A stretch of DNA of 64,000 nucleotides from Myxococcota bacterium (lineage in GTDB: Bacteria > Myxococcota_A > UBA796 > CAJQPC01): NCBI GenBank assembly GCA_036229005.1, contig JAZAMN010000030.1:59723-123722 (forward strand). The letters run 5' to 3'. Below the pieces are notes generated by a model that saw nothing but the letters and a program-made list of their open reading frames with translations, did not search any database and was not told the origin of the DNA. Position numbers and translations under genes: made by a program. Positions within the stretch are counted from its first letter, which is position 1. Every line of letters starts with the position of its first letter. Of this stretch, positions 18,575 to 28,900 are shown piece after piece.

Positions 18575-21500
18575 TCAGCGGACTTCAACGCGTCCAGGAA
18601 CGCGAAACCTGGTCATGAGATCTTCGAAGAAGGGGACTGCGCGACTATCACTTACCCTGACGATCAACTGTCGAACAGGGTTGGAGTCGTCCGCAATGAC
18701 TGCTCCATATCTCCTTATCTCTTCGGCGACCTGGCCCGTGATCTTGGCTCTGATGAAGGGAGGAGCGGCGCTACCAGGAATGAACGGACTCCTCCCCGGA
18801 TTCACCAAGCTCTTCGCCTCCAGCGCGGCTTGCTGTGTTGCGTCCAGTCCGTCAGCCCAAATCCGCTCTCCTCCCCCCGAGATGAGGTAGTTGTCTGGAC
18901 CTGTCTGTGCGATTTCGTATAGATCTTGAGCCGTGTTTGAAGGCGTGGGTTTGCTTGGGAGTCCGTCGATGTAGGCTTCGAACTCTGCAATCCGAGCCGC
19001 TGCCTCGGCCCCTTCTGCAGCCTCATCCTTGTTCCGCCGCAGCAGCATCCCGCCCAAGGATGCTGCCTTCTTGATCGCATCGTCCCAGAAGAGCTTGGCC
19101 GCCCCCTTGAGCCCGACAGCCCTGACCACCGCGATGCCGCCCTTGAGCGCGAGCTTGGCCTCGCCGACGCCCGTGGCCAGCTCAACGACGGTCACCACGG
19201 CCATGACGGCGCTGGCCGCGACGTAGACACCCTGTGAGAAGCGACTGCCGGGGATCCAACCCAGCCAGCCGCCAGGCAGGCCGTAGCGGTCTCCGTCGGG
19301 GTCGCCGTCGCCGAACTCCAGGTTCAGGTAGCCAGCGATTGTGACGGCGGTGTCGAGCCAGGTCTCCTCGAACTCCTGGCCTTCCTTTGTCTCTTCGCCC
19401 TGGGGGCCCGACGCGCTGTCGGAGCCCTCCCCGACGCGGGCCTGCTCTCCCCGCTCTCCGCGGCCGCCGTAGCCCTTGGTGGGGTCGTAGGCCTGCCCGT
19501 CCTCGCTCAGAGGGGCGTCCAGTGGGGGCGGTGGGACGGCCTGGTCCGTGTTCCCTTGGCGGGTCTCTTCGGTGGGGGGGAGGGTGGGGTCTGTGGTTGA
19601 GCCGCGCGTGTCCTCGCTGTCGGGATCGGTGCCCTCGGGGTCTCCGTTGGGGGCCCCCTGCTTGGAGGTGTTCTCCCCGTCTCCAGACTCCCCAGCAGCC
19701 TCTCCTTCCTGAGCCTCTCCCTGGCCGCCCTCCTGGCCCTCCTGGCTGTCTCCGTCCTGGCCGTCTCCCTGCTCGCCCTGGCCTCCCAATCCGGGGATGC
19801 CGGTGCTGTCTCCAAGGTCGACCTCGCCGCTGTTCAAGGCGCCCAGGATGCCGGCGCTCTGGGCGATCTCGAAGTCCTCGACGCTCTGCTGCCTGGGGAC
19901 GCGGGCGAACTCATCGACGACCCAACGGCTGCCGACCAGCCGCACCTGACCGGTGATGACGTATTCGCCGCCGCTGGCGTTGTAGGCGGCCTTGACCCGC
20001 TCCGCGGTCCAGCCGTCCGCGGGATCGTAGTTCACGCCCCAGGAGTCGAAGCTGTCCAGCCCGTCCGGGTCCACAAAGCGCATGGGGTTGTTGCGGACGA
20101 ACCGATACAGATTCATCCCGTCCACGCCGCCCGCGGGGTCGGGTGAGAGCCAGTTGCCGATCCAGACAGCGTAGTAGCGGTAGCCGTAGTAATACAGACC
20201 GGTGGCGTCGTCCCGGATCTTGCCGCTGTAGCGGTACTCCTTGAGGTCGACCTCCTTCACGCGGTCCCCGGCGATGAAGGCCGAGCCGCCGTAGGGCAGG
20301 TACTCTTCGTAGGAGATGATGGCGCCGTCGGCGTCCAGCTCCAGAGACACAGATCCCAGGTGGTTGCCGATCTGGTAGTGCACCCGGGTGCTCAGGTCAG
20401 CGCTCTCCCGGCCGCGGCTGTCCAGGCTCCAGCGATGCACCAACGCCAGGCGCTGCCCCTGGTCCTCGATGCGGGAGGTCCAGCGCTCCAGGATGAGGGT
20501 GTCGCCGGAGTAGATGCGCCGCCGCTCACAGCCGTGCAGGTAGACCGTCTCGATGCGCTCGAGGCTGTCGCCCACCTTGCGCTGGGTCAGGCGTCGGACG
20601 CGCTGGCCGCTGGAGGCGTAGGTGTAGGTCTCGTCGTCGTCGGGCTCGCCTGTGCGCTCGATGATCACGGCGCGCATGAGCTGCCCGGCGTGGTCCCAGT
20701 CCATGGCCCGCAGGTTGGGCAGGCTGCTCCGGCGCCCCGCGCTGTCAAAGGCGCTGTCCACGCTCCCAGTGGGCAGGCCGTCGGGTCCTACAGACAGGAT
20801 GGAGCGGTTGGAGCTGCTGGAGACCGTGAGCTCCCGCGTCCAGGCACCGCTGGTCCCCGCGTGGCGGGTCTTGAGCAGGTTGCCCGCCAGGTCGTAGTCG
20901 TAGGAGCGGGTGTAGCGCTCCAGCGCCGCGCCGTTGTTCAGGGTCAGGTGCTGGGTGCCCTTCCGGCCGGTTGTGTGGCCCCCCGGCAGCGTCTCGTAGG
21001 GGAGCAGGGCCTGGTGCACACGCCCGGTCGCGCTGCGCAGTCTGTACCAGGCGTCGTAGGTGAAGGTCTGCGCGGAGGACACGCTGGCACCCTGCAGCAG
21101 CGCATCGCTGACGCCGGGGTCCTGGTTCTTGTCCACCAGATGCACCAGGTTCCCGGCGGGATCCCAGGTGTAGCGGATGTCCAGGTAGCTGCGGGTGTCG
21201 CTGCTGGCTGTCAGGGCGCTCAGGCGGAAGCTCTTGGGGTCGAACGCCCACTGCGCCTGGACCCCGTTGCCGTAGAGCACCCGCGCGCGCTGGCCGCGGG
21301 CGTTGTAGTCGGCCTCCTGGATGTAGTCTGTGGTGGATCCGTCCAGGGTCGCGGAGAGCGTGATGGCCTGACCCAAGGGGTCCCAGTCCAGGGTGCGCTC
21401 GCTGCCGTCGGGGAGCTGCTTCCACCGGGCCCGGCCCAAGGCGTCGAAGCGGATCCGGGTCTCGATGAGATCCGTCTCCACCGTGTCCACACCCCAGTCC

Positions 21501-24500
21501 ACGACACCGCTCTGCACCCGCAGCGCAGTCGAGGTCACCAGCGCGTTGCCCAGCGCATCGTAGCTGCTCACACGGTGCCGTCCCGCGCCGTCCCAGTGCT
21601 CCACCAGGCGGCCGACTGCGTTGGTCTGTGTGAGGGTGTCCTCGCCGTAGACCCAGCGCTCCACCAGGCGGCCGTCCACCCGGCGCTCCAGCGGTTGGCC
21701 CCGGGTGTCCCAGGTGCTGCGGAGCTCCTCTCCACTGGCGGTCCAGCGGGTGTGCTCGCGCCCCAGGGCGTCCAGGAAGATGCGCTGGGTGCCCGCGTCC
21801 ATGCTGTGCTCGACCAGGGCCTGCCCGCTCAGGTCGCGCTCCCAGCGGGTGGCCTCCAGGCCTCGGGCGTCCTCTTGGGACAGGGGCTGATCGTGGGGGC
21901 CGTAGCGGGTCCGCTCCTGGCGGGTCTGTGTGCCGTCGGACTCGGTGATCGCGACCACGCGCCCGCGACCGTCCAGGTGCTGGACCACGGGGGTCTGTGC
22001 GTGGGTCTGGGCCTGCCGCAGCGCTTCGCGGTGGGGGTCGTCGGAGGGGAGGGTGCCGACCCAGGTCTCCCAGCCGCTGCCCACCACCAGGTCGTTCGCG
22101 TCAAAGCGCTCGGTGCGCCAGGGGCTGTGGTCCTGGCGGGTCTGTGTGCCATCCGGCCGGGAGGTGGCGATCTGGCGGCCCAGGGCATCCCAGCGGCGCT
22201 CGATGGCCTGACCGAAGCTCTGGAGCGCGGCGTCGTCCTGGTAGTCGGAGGTGTCGGAGAAGAAGGGCTCGTGCTCCCGAATGACCTGGCCCACCCCGTC
22301 CCGGTGTTGGTGCCCGGACACATGCCAGCGGGGATCGGCCACCAGCGAGGACCCGCTGGCATCGACCGCAGGCCCCGGGGCGGCCAGGCTGCGGATCTGC
22401 ACGGGCTGACCCAGGCCGTCGAGGTAGCGGAGCGTGGCGGTCGCTTGGGCGGCTGTGCGCCCGCCTTCGCCGTCGTTGAGGTGCTCGCGCCGGGCCAGCG
22501 AGAGCCAGCGGACGGGGCCGTCGCCGCGCTCGTAGCGGGTGGCGTCGTAGAGCGTGACCTGGCTGGCGTCGCCGATGGCCGAATGGGGGTCGTCCAGGGC
22601 GGCGCTCAGAGAGACCGGCGTCCAGTCGCCGCCGCCTTCGTCGTGCACGGCGCCATCCAGGCCGGTGCGGGTGCCCACCAGGGTGGCGGCGATGGGCTGG
22701 CCCAGGGCGTCGAAGCGGATCTGTGTCTGGTTGCCGTTGGGGTCTGTGACCGCCCGGGGTTGGAGGCTCTGGGGGTCGACGCTGCGGGTCCAGGTGTGCC
22801 CGAGCTCGTCGGTCTGCGCTACGGTGAAGAGGGCGTCGGCGTCCCAGGCCAGGGTGACCTCGCTGGCGTCCAGAGCGTGGGTGTGTGAGAGGCGGTGGAA
22901 GGCCCCGGAGGTGTGCCGCACAGGGCCGGGGGCCCACCAGAGCCCCTCCTCCAAGAGATAGCCCGCGTCCGAGAGGGCAGTGGAGTCGAGCTGGCCATCC
23001 CAGAAGTCCGCGCCCTCGGGGAAGGCGGCGACGTCGACGTGGTGCACCAGACGGGGGAGGCCCGGGGCGGTCGCGGCGGCGGTCTGTGTGTCATCCCAGT
23101 AGTGGGTGCGGCTGGCGGAGAACAAGGTCTTGGGGCCGCTGAACACCGCGCTGTCGGGGGAGAGCAGGCCGCTGGCGCTGGGGCTGTCCAGGGTGTAGCG
23201 GCGCTGGGAGACCAGGCTGTCCAGTAGCAGGCGCTGTTCGGCGTCGACGTGGGCGTAGACCTGCTCGCTGAGCTCGATGTCCAGGGTGTCCTGGCCGGGC
23301 TGCTCGGGCGTGCGGCGAGGGTAGTGGACCGTGGCGGTGCGGGTGGCGGCGCCGTGCGCGTCGGTCTCCAGGGTGAGTTGGTGTTGGACGCGGGGGTCGG
23401 TGGGCTGCTCCTGGTAGTCGTGGCTGAGCTGCTGGGTCTGTTGAGGGCGCAGGGTGGCGCCGTGGCCGTGGACCACCCAGGCGCTCTCGGTGGTGTCCAG
23501 GGGGTGCTCGGAGACGCTGCCATCCGGGGAGACGGCGTAGCGCTCCTGACGCCACACGCGGCCGGCCAGGGCGCGCCAGGCTTGTTGGGCCTTGGTGGGG
23601 TCGGGGACGTCCTGCACGCTGGCTAGGGGGAGGCGAGAGTGCCCGGGGTCGCCGGAGTAGAAGTCCTGCTCCCGGTCGACGCGGGGCTCGATGCCCAGGT
23701 GGATCCAGCTCCGGGTCAGGGCGCGGGGGGAGGGGTCGTCCGGGTCGGGGGGGGGGCCGGACTCGACCTGGCCGAAGCCCACGAAGCTGCGCTGGTGGTC
23801 GTCAAAGTGGCCGTCTCGCCACGTGAACTCGGTGGGGTAGCGGGCGCCGGAGACGCCCTCGATGCGGGTGAGGCTGGCGACGACGCTCTGGTGGTGGGGC
23901 AGGCGGGTGCGCCAGGGCCGGGCGCTGTCGGCATCTCGCACAAAGTCCTGGGCGCTGGAGCGCCACGCGATCTCGGTCTCGACGCCGGCGCCGTCGCTGA
24001 CCCTGGACAGGCGGCCGGCCCCCGCGCCTTGGTCCAATCGGAGCACCTGGGTGCTCTGCCCCGGGCGTTGCCAGACCAGGCAGCGTCCGCCATCGCCGTA
24101 GAAGTCGGCGACGCGCAGATCCTGGAGCTGAGCCACCCGGGGTACACCCCTGAGCACGGTGGGAGCCCCGAAGCCGTTGCCGCGCTGGTTGGCATAGACG
24201 AGGACCTGCTGGGCGTCCACGACCACGCAGTCGGCGGTGCCGCTGCGGGTGGTGTCCACCCAGAGGACGCGGCTGCGGTCCGGCAGGAAGGGGGCGTCTT
24301 CCATCTCGACCGGGGCGCCGAAGCGGCCGTGGCCCAGGTTCGGCCAATAGGTGACCCGGCCGGGGGAGATCTGTACGAGATCGGGCAGGCCGTCACCGCT
24401 CATGTCGGCAAAGTGGCTGTGCTGCTGCGCGCTCTGGCGCAGGTTGGGGGCGCCCGCGGGGTGGGGGAGCACGCGGGGGCTGTCCAGTCCCTGGCTGCCG

Positions 24501-25951
24501 AGGGAGGGGTACCAGACCAGCCGGTCGCCGTGGTCGACGACCAGTTCTGGCCGGCCGTCTCCGTCCAGGTCCACCCACTGGGCGCGGGAGGTGATCGGGT
24601 CGGCGTGGGCGACGCTGCGGAAGAAGCTGTAGGGGGACCACTGGCCGCTGTGGCGGTCGCGGCTGTAGTGGCCGGCCTGGGGACCAGCCAGGTGGCTGAG
24701 GTCGATGTTGCCGTCGGCGTCGCTGTCCGTGACGACGGCGACCGCGACGTGGCGGGGGAGCTCAGGGACGATGGACTCGGGGCCGAAGCGGCCGCCGCCC
24801 AGGTTCTCGCGGAAGAGCCAGGCGCCGCGGTGCCGACGGAGCAGGCCGGGGAGGCCGGTGCCCAGCAGATCCACCCACTGACCGGTGGTCTGGGTCCCGG
24901 TGTCCTCGAAGGTGGACTGGGGCTCTGGGGGTGTGGTGGTGAACTGGAGCGTGGGGGTGGGGACGGAAGTCGTGGACGCCCCATTCCACCTCCTCCCCTG
25001 GAAACGCAGGCTCTGCAGCTCGGCGCCGGCGGGGCTGAGGCTGTGGGTGAGCAGGTGCTCGCCGACGATGCGGGGGCCCCCGAGCTCGGGGAAGTCGTGG
25101 ACGACCAGGATGCGGCGGCAGAGGCGCCAGGTGCGGACCTCGTAGCCGGGGCGGTAGGTCGAGAAGGGATCTGTGCGGGCGGGCCAGTCGCCGGAGGGGC
25201 CGGTGGCGAGGCCGTCGTCGTCCTGCTGGTCGCCCCAGTCGAGCAGGACCTGGAAGCGCCAGTCTGTGTCGGGTTCGCTGAGGGCGTCGACGGGGCGGGT
25301 GTTGCCGTAGAGGATTCGCTGGGGGTAGCGCTGGGGGAAGGCGCCCTGGGCGATGCGGGCGCGCTCGGCGGGGCTGTCGGCGGGGAGGTTGCGGGTGTCC
25401 TCGGCGCGGTACTCGACACAGATGGCGTTGCCGAGCTCGTCCACCCGGCGCTCGAGCAGCCAGCGCCAGGTGTCGCTGGGGGCGTCCGGGTGGTGGATGC
25501 GGGCGCTGCGGCCGTAGATCTCCAGGTGGCCATTGGGGCTGTAGACGCGCCAGTGGTCCTGGCCGTCGGGGGCGATCCAGCGCTCGAAGCGCTGGCGGGT
25601 GTCGTCGATCTCCAGGGCGTGGATCTGTACCAGGTGCTCGCCGTCCTGGCGGCTTGAGAGCAGGACGAGGCGCTGTCCCCGGGCGTCGGCGTAGGTCCTG
25701 GGTTTGTCGGGGGCGGGCAGGCCATCTCGGGTGTCTACGCCGATGAATGGCAGGCCGGCGAGACTCCAGCCCCGGCCGAAGGGGGAGGGGCCGCTGCCGG
25801 AGCGGACCAGGGCCAACCCGGGGCCCATGCCGTCGCGCCCTTCGGGGAGGCGGAGCGGGACCCGGACCGTGACCCCACCACGCACCCGGTCCACCTGGAC
25901 GCTGTGGTCCAGGCGGAGCAGTCCGGGGTCGAAGCTGGGGAGGTCGAACAC
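18575..25951 (-). CDS. Tc toxin B-C fusion (SpvB N-term, FG-GAP/VCBS propeller, RHS/YD shell, RHS-core protease) with C-terminal Tox-REase-2-like nuclease
   Basis: LPEGRDG...GPSPFGRGW, RTDPFSTYRPGYEVRTWRLCRR, DLDGDGRPE/DMSGDGLPD, YEEYLPYG, GLYYYGYRYY...WLSPDP...NNPMRFVDPDG; tip YEIAQTG...ADG...EAK...P.RSP...EIRRY...VPGRVEV. Confidence 0.92.
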   Translation of the reverse strand: MFDLPSFDPGLLRLDHSVQVDRVRGGVTVRVPLRLPEGRDGMGPGLALVRSGSGPSPFGRGWSLAGLPFIGVDTRDGLPAPDKPRTYADARGQRLVLLSSRQDGEHLVQIHALEIDDTRQRFERWIAPDGQDHWRVYSPNGHLEIYGRSARIHHPDAPSDTWRWLLERRVDELGNAICVEYRAEDTRNLPADSPAERARIAQGAFPQRYPQRILYGNTRPVDALSEPDTDWRFQVLLDWGDQQDDDGLATGPSGDWPARTDPFSTYRPGYEVRTWRLCRRILVVHDFPELGGPRIVGEHLLTHSLSPAGAELQSLRFQGRRWNGASTTSVPTPTLQFTTTPPEPQSTFEDTGTQTTGQWVDLLGTGLPGLLRRHRGAWLFRENLGGGRFGPESIVPELPRHVAVAVVTDSDADGNIDLSHLAGPQAGHYSRDRHSGQWSPYSFFRSVAHADPITSRAQWVDLDGDGRPELVVDHGDRLVWYPSLGSQGLDSPRVLPHPAGAPNLRQSAQQHSHFADMSGDGLPDLVQISPGRVTYWPNLGHGRFGAPVEMEDAPFLPDRSRVLWVDTTRSGTADCVVVDAQQVLVYANQRGNGFGAPTVLRGVPRVAQLQDLRVADFYGDGGRCLVWQRPGQSTQVLRLDQGAGAGRLSRVSDGAGVETEIAWRSSAQDFVRDADSARPWRTRLPHHQSVVASLTRIEGVSGARYPTEFTWRDGHFDDHQRSFVGFGQVESGPPPDPDDPSPRALTRSWIHLGIEPRVDREQDFYSGDPGHSRLPLASVQDVPDPTKAQQAWRALAGRVWRQERYAVSPDGSVSEHPLDTTESAWVVHGHGATLRPQQTQQLSHDYQEQPTDPRVQHQLTLETDAHGAATRTATVHYPRRTPEQPGQDTLDIELSEQVYAHVDAEQRLLLDSLVSQRRYTLDSPSASGLLSPDSAVFSGPKTLFSASRTHYWDDTQTAAATAPGLPRLVHHVDVAAFPEGADFWDGQLDSTALSDAGYLLEEGLWWAPGPVRHTSGAFHRLSHTHALDASEVTLAWDADALFTVAQTDELGHTWTRSVDPQSLQPRAVTDPNGNQTQIRFDALGQPIAATLVGTRTGLDGAVHDEGGGDWTPVSLSAALDDPHSAIGDASQVTLYDATRYERGDGPVRWLSLARREHLNDGEGGRTAAQATATLRYLDGLGQPVQIRSLAAPGPAVDASGSSLVADPRWHVSGHQHRDGVGQVIREHEPFFSDTSDYQDDAALQSFGQAIERRWDALGRQIATSRPDGTQTRQDHSPWRTERFDANDLVVGSGWETWVGTLPSDDPHREALRQAQTHAQTPVVQHLDGRGRVVAITESDGTQTRQERTRYGPHDQPLSQEDARGLEATRWERDLSGQALVEHSMDAGTQRIFLDALGREHTRWTASGEELRSTWDTRGQPLERRVDGRLVERWVYGEDTLTQTNAVGRLVEHWDGAGRHRVSSYDALGNALVTSTALRVQSGVVDWGVDTVETDLIETRIRFDALGRARWKQLPDGSERTLDWDPLGQAITLSATLDGSTTDYIQEADYNARGQRARVLYGNGVQAQWAFDPKSFRLSALTASSDTRSYLDIRYTWDPAGNLVHLVDKNQDPGVSDALLQGASVSSAQTFTYDAWYRLRSATGRVHQALLPYETLPGGHTTGRKGTQHLTLNNGAALERYTRSYDYDLAGNLLKTRHAGTSGAWTRELTVSSSSNRSILSVGPDGLPTGSVDSAFDSAGRRSSLPNLRAMDWDHAGQLMRAVIIERTGEPDDDETYTYASSGQRVRRLTQRKVGDSLERIETVYLHGCERRRIYSGDTLILERWTSRIEDQGQRLALVHRWSLDSRGRESADLSTRVHYQIGNHLGSVSLELDADGAIISYEEYLPYGGSAFIAGDRVKEVDLKEYRYSGKIRDDATGLYYYGYRYYAVWIGNWLSPDPAGGVDGMNLYRFVRNNPMRFVDPDGLDSFDSWGVNYDPADGWTAERVKAAYNASGGEYVITGQVRLVGSRWVVDEFARVPRQQSVEDFEIAQSAGILGALNSGEVDLGDSTGIPGLGGQGEQGDGQDGDSQEGQEGGQGEAQEGEAAGESGDGENTSKQGAPNGDPEGTDPDSEDTRGSTTDPTLPPTEETRQGNTDQAVPPPPLDAPLSEDGQAYDPTKGYGGRGERGEQARVGEGSDSASGPQGEETKEGQEFEETWLDTAVTIAGYLNLEFGDGDPDGDRYGLPGGWLGWIPGSRFSQGVYVAASAVMAVVTVVELATGVGEAKLALKGGIAVVRAVGLKGAAKLFWDDAIKKAASLGGMLLRRNKDEAAEGAEAAARIAEFEAYIDGLPSKPTPSNTAQDLYEIAQTGPDNYLISGGGERIWADGLDATQQAALEAKSLVNPGRSPFIPGSAAPPFIRAKITGQVAEEIRRYGAVIADDSNPVRQLIVRVSDSRAVPFFEDLMTRFRVPGRVEVR

Positions 25952-28900
25952 TCAGTCCACCGTGTACTGGAGGACCAGGAGCAGGTCGTGGAGCTTGTCG
26001 GGGTCGGCGGTCCAGGCGCCGGTCGCATCGGCGAGGTCGCCCGCGTCGTCCAGGGAGAGGCTGCGGGTCCCGCGGACAGGGCCGCTCAGGGAGGCGGTCG
26101 CGGTGGGGAGGCCGCCGTAATCGCTGCCGGTGGAGAAGCTGGCGGCGCTGCCGTCGACGGACAATGAGAAGGCGCCGGGGCTGTCGTCGACGACCAGGAC
26201 CCACTGGGCGGAGTCCAGCGTGAGGGGCTGGCCGCGCAGGTAGCCGGGCAGGTGCTGGTCGCCGATCTCCAGGTCTACAGGCGTGCCGGGGGCCGCGCGC
26301 ATCAGGCGCTGGAAGGTGCTGGAGAGGTCCTGCCGCAGGGAGAGGATGCGGGTGGAGGGATCTGCCCGCAGGGCGCTTGCCAGCACACCGTCTTCGGCCT
26401 CGACGGCCTCGCGCAGGACCCCGTCCGCATCGGCTTCATAGCTGACATCAACGAGGACATCGGTGATGCTGCGGTAGTCGAAGGTCCGGAAGCGCTTGGG
26501 CAGCTCCAGGCGCCAACTGCTCAGGGCGCCGGCGCCCTCGAAGGGCAGGGTGCGCTCGCTGCGGAAGCTGAGCTCGAAGACGCCGGCGTCGCCCTGGGCG
26601 GTGCTGGTGGCGACCGCGGAGCCAACCCCCGCGCTGACCGACTGGAGGCCGGCGTCGCCGGTGGTGGGCTCGGGGCGGATCTGACTGTCGAGCAGGGTGA
26701 GGGTGGCGCTGACGGAGGTGTAGGGCCCGGTCACGCAGGGGAGCGTGAGGCGCACCGCGCGCAGGCGACGGGCGTAGTGGCCGGGGTAGTGCAGGTCAAA
26801 GTGGCGCTCGGCCAGGGTGAACTCGCAGGCGCCGGTCTCGCGCAGCTCGATGAGGGCCTGGGGGTCGAGCTGGGAGAGGGCCAGGGTCTGGGAGAGTTCC
26901 AGGCGGCGGGTGGTGGTCTGGGCGTAGCGTTGCTCCATCTGGGCCAGGGCGAGTTGGAGTCGCTCGCCGGAGAGCAGGCCTGCGCGGGTGGCGTCCCAGA
27001 GGGCGGCGCTCAGGAAGCTGCGGTCGTCGTCGCGCTCGAAGCGGTAGGCGGCCTGGGCCATCTGCGCGGAGCTCAGCGCGACCTGCCAGGCCTCGCGGAA
27101 GAGGGTCTGGAGCTGTTGGGCGCGCCAGTCCAGGAGCTCGGAGTTGGTGAAGCGGCCCTCGAAGAGCTCCAGGACTTCGTCCACCTGCTCGATGCGCTGG
27201 GTGTGGGCGTCCAGGGCGCGCTCGGCGATCTCGGCGCGGAGCTCGGCGGCGGCGAGCTGGGGCTCGAGCTCGGCCAGCTCCCGCTCGGCCTGGGCCTGGG
27301 AGAAGCTCCAGCCCTCCTGGCGGCGGGTCCAGGTGGCGAAGAGGCCCATGGCGGTGGCCTCGGAGTCGTTGGCGGCGGCGTAGGCGTTCTCGTGCCCGGC
27401 GATGGCCTCGGCCGCGGCGCCGAGCTGCTTGCCGCCGAAGGTGATGGCGGTGGGGGAGCCCAGGTTGGGGATCAGGCGGAGGATGCTGGCCGCCAGGCCC
27501 AGGTTGGCGGCGCGGGAGCGGCCGGCGGAGGCCCGAAGTCGCATCAGCGCCTGGTTGGTCTCCAGCTCGCTCAGGCCGGTGTCCAGCAGGCCGGTGTAGT
27601 GGTCCAGGCGGGCCTGAGCGGAGGCGACCCGCTGCTCCAGGGCGCTGACCGCGTACTGGGCGACGGAGAGCTGCTGCTCTCGGCTCTTGGTGGCCAGAGC
27701 CAGGGCGTCGGACTGGTGGACCTGCTGGAGCTGCGCGAGCTCCTGGGCGTCGCGGCGCTCGAGGGCGGCGTAGAGGGCGGCGCCGAAGCCCTGGACCAGG
27801 CTGGCGTGGCGGCGGGCCAGCTCCAGCACCACGGGGAAGCGCAGGGGCGGGACCCCGCTGGAGAGGCCGGCGACCACGTCGCCCAGGTCCAGGCCCATCG
27901 CGGCGGCGCGGGCCAGCAGCATGGGGTCGATGAAGGGGGCGAAGAGCGCGAGCTGGCGCTTGACCCCGTCGATGTCCATGCAGTTGCGGAGCTTGTACAG
28001 CCGGTCGGCGACGGTGTCCCAGCGGGCGAGCATCTTGTCGTCGTTGGGGACGCAGAACACCAGCTCGAGCTGGGTGGCGAAGTCGGCGCCTGGGGCCCAG
28101 CTCCCCGGGCCGGGGCGCTGGGTGTGCTTGCCCTGGGTGACCTTTCCGGCCTGGGCCTTGGTGCCCAGCAGGCCCGCGAGCTTGAGGGAGCCGAGCTGTG
28201 CCTTGCCCGCGGTGGCCTTGGTTGGGGTGGCCCCGCGGAGGGACTGGAGGGCGATCTTGCGGGAGACGCCGCCCGCGCGACCGGCCTGGAGGCGGCTCAC
28301 GAAGCTCTCCCACTTGGTGCCCATGAGCCAGCGCTCGACCTCCAGCAGCAGCTCGGAGCTCCCGAGCTTGTCCTCCAGGCCTCCGTAGGTCCGGGAGCCG
28401 GCGGTCTCGCCGCACTCGCCGACCTGGGCGGGGCGCTCCCCCAGGATGGACTCGGCCATCACGTAGTAGAGGGTGGCCTCGGCCACGGACTCGCGCGTGA
28501 ACTGGGTGAAGAGCTGGTCGCCGGTGCCCAGCAGGTTGTCCACCAGGCCGTACACGCAGGCCTTCTGGTAGGCGGTCAGGCGCGTCCGGGCGATGGCGTG
28601 GGGGTTGAAGGGGTCCTCGGCGTAGTCGGCGAGCGCGGTGGGGTCGGTGAGCCGGTCCCGCAGGGTGTCGGGGGCCAGCTCACGGAACTCGCGGTAGCGC
28701 CAGGCGCGCTGGGTGTCGTCGCTGTCGCTGGCGTGGGCCTTGGCGGTGGGGTCGAACACCACGTTCCACCAGCGGCGGCCGGCCTCGAAGTCGCCGGCGT
28801 CGTCCAGGTGCTGGGCCAGCAGCATGGGCAGGTGCAGGTAGAGCTCGCGCAGGTAGACGCCCATGGGGCCGGTCCAGTCGACCTGTCCGGAGCAGGTGGC

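Noticed and set aside
18575..25951. T6SS Rhs effector or CDI toxin
   Set aside because: No PAAR/VgrG/DUF6531 or CdiB visible; the SpvB N-terminus and adjacent TcA define a Tc complex.
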